A DNA stretch of 64,000 nt from Raillietiella orientalis (lineage: Eukaryota), in the NCBI GenBank assembly GCA_036172245.1, contig JAYWIR010000013.1:3596001-3660000 (forward strand), written 5' to 3'. Below the pieces are notes generated by a model. That model did no database searches. It was not told the DNA's origin and saw only the letters and a program-made list of their open reading frames with translations. Position 1 is the stretch's first letter. Each line of letters starts with the position of its first letter. A program made the translations under genes and the position numbers. Shown one piece after another: positions 59,401-64,000 of this stretch.

Positions 59401-62400
59401 GTGCGACTCACTTCACGGAACGCATGAGATGTGATTTGATCTTTGAATTCAACATACCCCGGAAATCGGTGTTCCTTGGAGGGGTCCTTGATAGATTCTC
59501 CCGTAAATTTCAGATGAACTTCTTATTTCCGGTAAAATTTCTTCAGGAACATTGAAGAACCTAAAGCATCAACCCAATTCGGATTAAAGGCTATTTCGGA
59601 TCAATTTTAGATCAATTCTTTCAGATGTCCTTAAATTTCGATGCAATTCGACAAGTTGGAAATGATGCAGGGAGGCGGTATGAGATTTCCTTTTCAAGGG
59701 AGAGGAGGGAAACGAGGGGAGATTTCTGCCATTTCCACAATGATTTCTTTTGACCTAACCGAATGCATTTCCCCCTTTTAAAATTCACCGGCCCAAATTG
59801 CACACGGCTTTCCTCGGTAATGACACAGTTGGATTATACGTTACGTTAGGATACATTCCTGCCAAGCAAGCCGGGGGGTGTTCTGACCGCGTGCACAGAT
59901 TTTACGCTGTTTCCCTTCCCGAGAATCGAGTGCACACGGAGAAAAGACCCTCAAAATAATCATAATAAAAAAAGAGAAAAAACAGGAAAACTCGCGTGCA
60001 GCACGGTCCCAGAGTGCAGGTCGCATTCGTTCCGCTGTCGCCAAGTTCTCGGGAGACAGCGACGACACGGAAATTGATAGTCATTGCATGCCCATCAGTA
60101 CAATCGCAAGGGGGACACATGCAAATGGCAGAAAATCACCTCGGGATGCTCGAGCTTCGTAAAAGCCAGTGGAACGTAAACGCCCCCACCCCCCCCAAGG
60201 CAACGGCACGAGACACCGATGAAACGTCGAGGGCGACTGCCCTTTGATTGGAACTGCGAGTCATTGTGTACGTATACATAAACGCGACAGGAAGACGGGA
60301 TCCACCGCAGGCGACGGGAACCGAAAAAGGACTCGAGAATGCGAGTGAAATCATCCATTGGCGAAAAGACGCCAATGAAGAGCGCGAGTCGGAAGCGCGC
60401 ATTCGAACGGCGCCAGCCGGGAAGTTGATGGCGCACTGATTCAGGGACTCCGGGATCACTCCGCGATGCATTACGGCGACGAGCACGCGCACGCGCTTAC
60501 AAAAACGCACCTAAAGCATTTTTCTGCTGGTAAACGACCTTCCCATTGCAGAATGGACGCGATTCGGATGATAGGACCCTCTGCACTTCCTGGGCGACCT
60601 CGCAGTGGTCAAACAACGCAACCGCGCGCGCCAGGCTGCACGGTGACGCGGAGATGATGGTCCTTCAGGAGGCTGACAACCTCGGAATCCAAGGCTGACG
60701 GCGCCTCTTCAGACATCAGTCTCGCCCTCCGCAGTGCGGAGTCGCGGGAGCCCGGAAACTTAGGAAGGGCGCAGAATCCGGGCGCGCTGCATGTTTCACG
60801 TAGGACTGGAATTCTTCTCACACCTTCCCAAGGAAGGAACCGGAACGAGTCTCGGGAAGTTTGTTCATCCGGAAGACTTGATGATGCCCCAGATTATTCG
60901 ATCGAAAAGATTCCGAGGCAAGACCCATCCAGAAAAGGGATCCTTTTCTTCAAGACTTCCGAAACGAGCAACAACGCGCTACCACAAGCATTCCCAAATT
61001 CCGCATCAGGCAGAACCCATCAGACACCGGATATGAGTCCAGGATCGGTTTCGAGATGAATCTCGCCTGCAACATGCAGGGTGATGCAGCACGTTCTGAA
61101 GTTTCGGGAAACCAAAGGAGTGGAATGACGAGAGATCGGCGCGTTGCGGACCAACGATAGCCGACGTCCTTGAAACAAGCAAATGCGACACAGTCAATCA
61201 AATCATTTCACGAGGCACGTGCGCACCATCATCGCGGATCGTCATTTGTATATACGACTGGAAACAGCATTCTCGTTTGACTGGTTTCCCTCTTCTGTTC
61301 AAGGTTTTACTTATTTCTCTTACTCTTGCTCCGCTTGGCTGCGGTGACAGGAGGGGCGGCCCAGCAGTTCTCGGGGTGCAAAGGGAGGAGGATCGGAAGA
61401 GAGCACGGCTTTTCCACGAGCGTTCCGATTCCCGATCCTGATGATCAGTCTTGCGCCGACGAATCAGCAGCGAAGTTCGAGACTGAATTTCCGAATTCCG
61501 CGAAAAGAATGGAGAAAAACCTTGGATGCCAACTGCACCCACCTCAAGAAAAAAAAAACTCACAACACTCCGTCCACAGCAACTTTCCAAGTGCTGAAAG
61601 GCCGCAACATCCCGTCGCCCCGCAACCCACACACCACTTCCGGGATCACAGCACCGGCGGTTCTGGATCCACATGCTGGACCGGGAGTCTTTCGTTTTTT
61701 TTGTGCTCCTCGAAAATTTTCATCGCGGTCGAATTTTCCCTCTCTGGGTTCAACAAGTCGCGCGCCTCAAGGCAGAAGAGGAGAGGGACCGCGGAAGAGG
61801 AGAGGGGGACCGCGGAAGAGGAGAGGGGGACCGCGGAAGAGAAGAGGGGGACCGCGGAAGAGAAGAGGGGGACCGCGGAAGAGGAGAGGGGGACCGCGGA
61901 AGAGAAGAGGGGGACCGCGGAAGAGAAGAGGGGGACCGCGGAAGAGAAGAGGGGGACCGCGGAAGAGGAGAGGGGGACCGCGGATGGCTTTACCTGCAAA
62001 GCTGGCTGTCCCACTGCAGCGTCCGCAAGTTCATTAGCATGGTTCGAGAGGCATTCGTAACATCTGTTACATGCACTCCACACTCTTTGCCCCCAGTCAG
62101 GTTCTGCAGTTGGTGCAAAGAGAGACAGTTTTGGTGCGGTTTTGAAATCAAACTTTCGAAACATTACAAATAACATTAATAATGAAAAACAGCAAAGATT
62201 ATTCTTTTCAACTTCACATGAATCCCACAATCCTTACCCATATCAGCCATGAATCAACGGTTCCAAAAAGGCATCTTTTATCTTTTATTGCTTCCGGTAA
62301 ATTAGGGACATTTTCAAATAACCAACATAACTTTACTGAACTAAAGTACGTGCTCAGTGGAAGTCCACACAATTCCAAAAAATGATCATGTTTTTTACTA

Positions 62401-63006
62401 GAGGTACGAGTAGTTAAAGTTTCAACTAAGTTAGCTGTACGAACGTCATTCCAAACTGAAGGATGAAACATATGGATGGCAAACAGAAAATCGAACAAAA
62501 CAATAATCCACACAAATAATTAATGAAAAAAAATTAATGCGAATTATTCATTACGAAAAGACATGTTAGTTTCTTTCTAAAGGCAAAGTCAACTCCGCGT
62601 ACAATTACAAAATACTTTCTCTCTCTCAAGATTTCCAGGAATCGGCACACTGTGTACCAAAATGCAAAATACAAGAGTGTCTCCTGGTCTCGGGAAAGTT
62701 TACATTTCGACATCATAACGAACATGGGGATAAAGCAAAACTTTTACCTATGGCATTATAATAAGGCAATCCAGTATACTTGTCCCACAGAATGGTCGTC
62801 TCTCTTTGATTCGTTAAACCAATTGTTTTTACATCTTCTAAATTGATGTCGAGTTGCCTCAAATTTTCTGCAACTTTTTGCAAGCATTCTTCAACTGATG
62901 ACAGAATTTCTAATGGCTTTTGCTCAACCCAGCCAACTTCGGGATAATGACTAGTTAGTTGAACTTGGTGATATGTAATTACCTCAAAGGTGGAACACGA
63001 AAAAAC
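53418..63006 (-). CDS. GK: Glycerol kinase (FGGY family), 10 exons visible; first exon (DQGTxS motif) not found, probably beyond the window end
   Basis: Hand-spliced GT-AG exons with consistent phases: 63006-62748, 62455-62238, 62103-61994, 59560-59458, 54569-54459, 54411-54155, 54098-53893, 53841-53695, 53648-53562, 53509-53418. Motifs: [134 protein letters not shown], and a hydrophobic C-terminal tail ([18 protein letters not shown]). Confidence 0.96.
57557..57883 (+). CDS. Candidate terminal exon of an unknown gene nested antisense in the 4.9-kb glycerol kinase intron
   Basis: A pyrimidine tract with TAG acceptor (CTTTCCCATCTCCTAG, ending 57556) opens a 108-codon helical-looking frame (ANTFTLHG...[12 protein letters not shown]...[11 protein letters not shown]...[17 protein letters not shown]). 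A phase-0 donor GTTCGT at 57327 ends an upstream open frame starting near 57081. No family recognised. Confidence 0.3.
   Translation, partial: ANTFTLHGKSRRGNASSLAHPCGNPRDALKALFVADALRPAASIAALCCLRGIVTAWSKATGGQRDQGAIQPASQFLRRASRWPHLDPSMQQELAGILQRMQRPHQLQ
61787..61984. repeat. 21-bp purine-rich minisatellite, 9 full copies plus a partial
   Basis: Unit GACCGCGGAAGAG(G/A)AGAGGGG repeats every 21 nt from 61787 to 61976, inside a glycerol kinase intron next to the donor site at 61993. Confidence 0.97.
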
Positions 63007-64000
63007 CTGGTTGGGGGACACACATGGAGTATTAAAGGGTAAAGTTCACCTGTATGCACAACACAGTATTTTAATCGAAACTAATGATTAAAATTTTGTC
63101 ATTAAACGAAAACATATGAAACAAACGGTTAAAACGACCATAATCACAAGATCTGAATCGACAACTGTATGTGTGTGTATCGAGAATGCCGAGTTGACTG
63201 TTTCAACAGGTCACATATTAGTCCATTTCGTCTTTTGTCGAGATATTCAGTTACCTGATTTGCTATTCAGATCACTTGGCCATAAACAAGCAACAGCACA
63301 GAATAGTGGGAATGTATCCTACTGTAATCACTATAAGGAGAAATCAAATTTCGTAATTTTGTTGTTCTACACTTCAAATCTTTATTTTTACTGCATATAA
63401 TCCATAGTTCTCAAATGCCATGCTTTGATTTTCCAAGCTTGTTAAATCCAAATGCCCTTCTCCAAACAGAATTTACTAGGGTCTCTCAAACCTACAATTA
63501 TTCGATAAATAACCTTTTGCTTCAAATTCTTTTAATCCAAAAAGCATTATCTACAATCAATAGCAAAAGGGAAATTGCACATCATGTGACTCTTTGGCTT
63601 CAAATATTGACTATAAAGGAATAAGAAAAAATGAAAGGCTCACAAAATAAATCCTTAATTTTCATGAGAAACTAACATTTCAGGAATATTATCCAGATAA
63701 GTACCCCAACATTTTAATGCACACACATTCACATAAAGAATTACTATGCAAATTTTATCAATTCCATTTAAATTTCTTTTATTGTTTCAAAATCATATCA
63801 AATATTGTATCATTTTTGAAATAGAAGAACCAATTAGAAAGCTTGAATTCCACATGACATGACCTGGCTATAAGCAAAAATCATGCCACCATGTATGCTT
63901 TGAGAGCCAGAGTTTATGGGCAGACACCGAGATCAACAGATGTATTTCAAGAAGCATAGAAAAACAATCAGGATATCTTTAACATCATGATTTCACAAAG

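Noticed and set aside
63010..64000. First exon of glycerol kinase or another gene
   Set aside because: No DQGTxS motif or stop-free spliceable frame found; treated as AT-rich intron.

Overview
Animal (invertebrate, probably ecdysozoan) genomic DNA with two very different halves. Bases 1 to about 50,000 form an extremely GC- and CpG-rich, simple-repeat-laden gene desert. It holds one clear gene, an intronless FoxA/fork head transcription factor (14999-16384, minus), plus a frameshifted Pim-family kinase pseudogene (about 47830-48356, minus). Short AT-rich islands in this desert carry dense forkhead, GATA, homeodomain, TCF and CRE motif clusters that are candidate FoxA enhancers. From about 50,000 to the end the DNA is much more AT-rich and gene-dense, with 45-56 nt introns. 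It contains a LOTUS/OST-HTH-like ORF (minus) whose start overlaps the putative first exon of mitochondrial ribosomal protein L49 (plus, 4 exons), and a 10-exon, 5'-incomplete glycerol kinase (minus) tail-to-tail with mRpL49. The glycerol kinase has two large introns holding a minisatellite and possible nested exons. Nearly all long ORFs in the GC-rich half appear to be compositional artefacts. No rRNA, tRNA, CRISPR array or intact transposon was recognised. Protein family calls come from remembered motifs; no database search was run.
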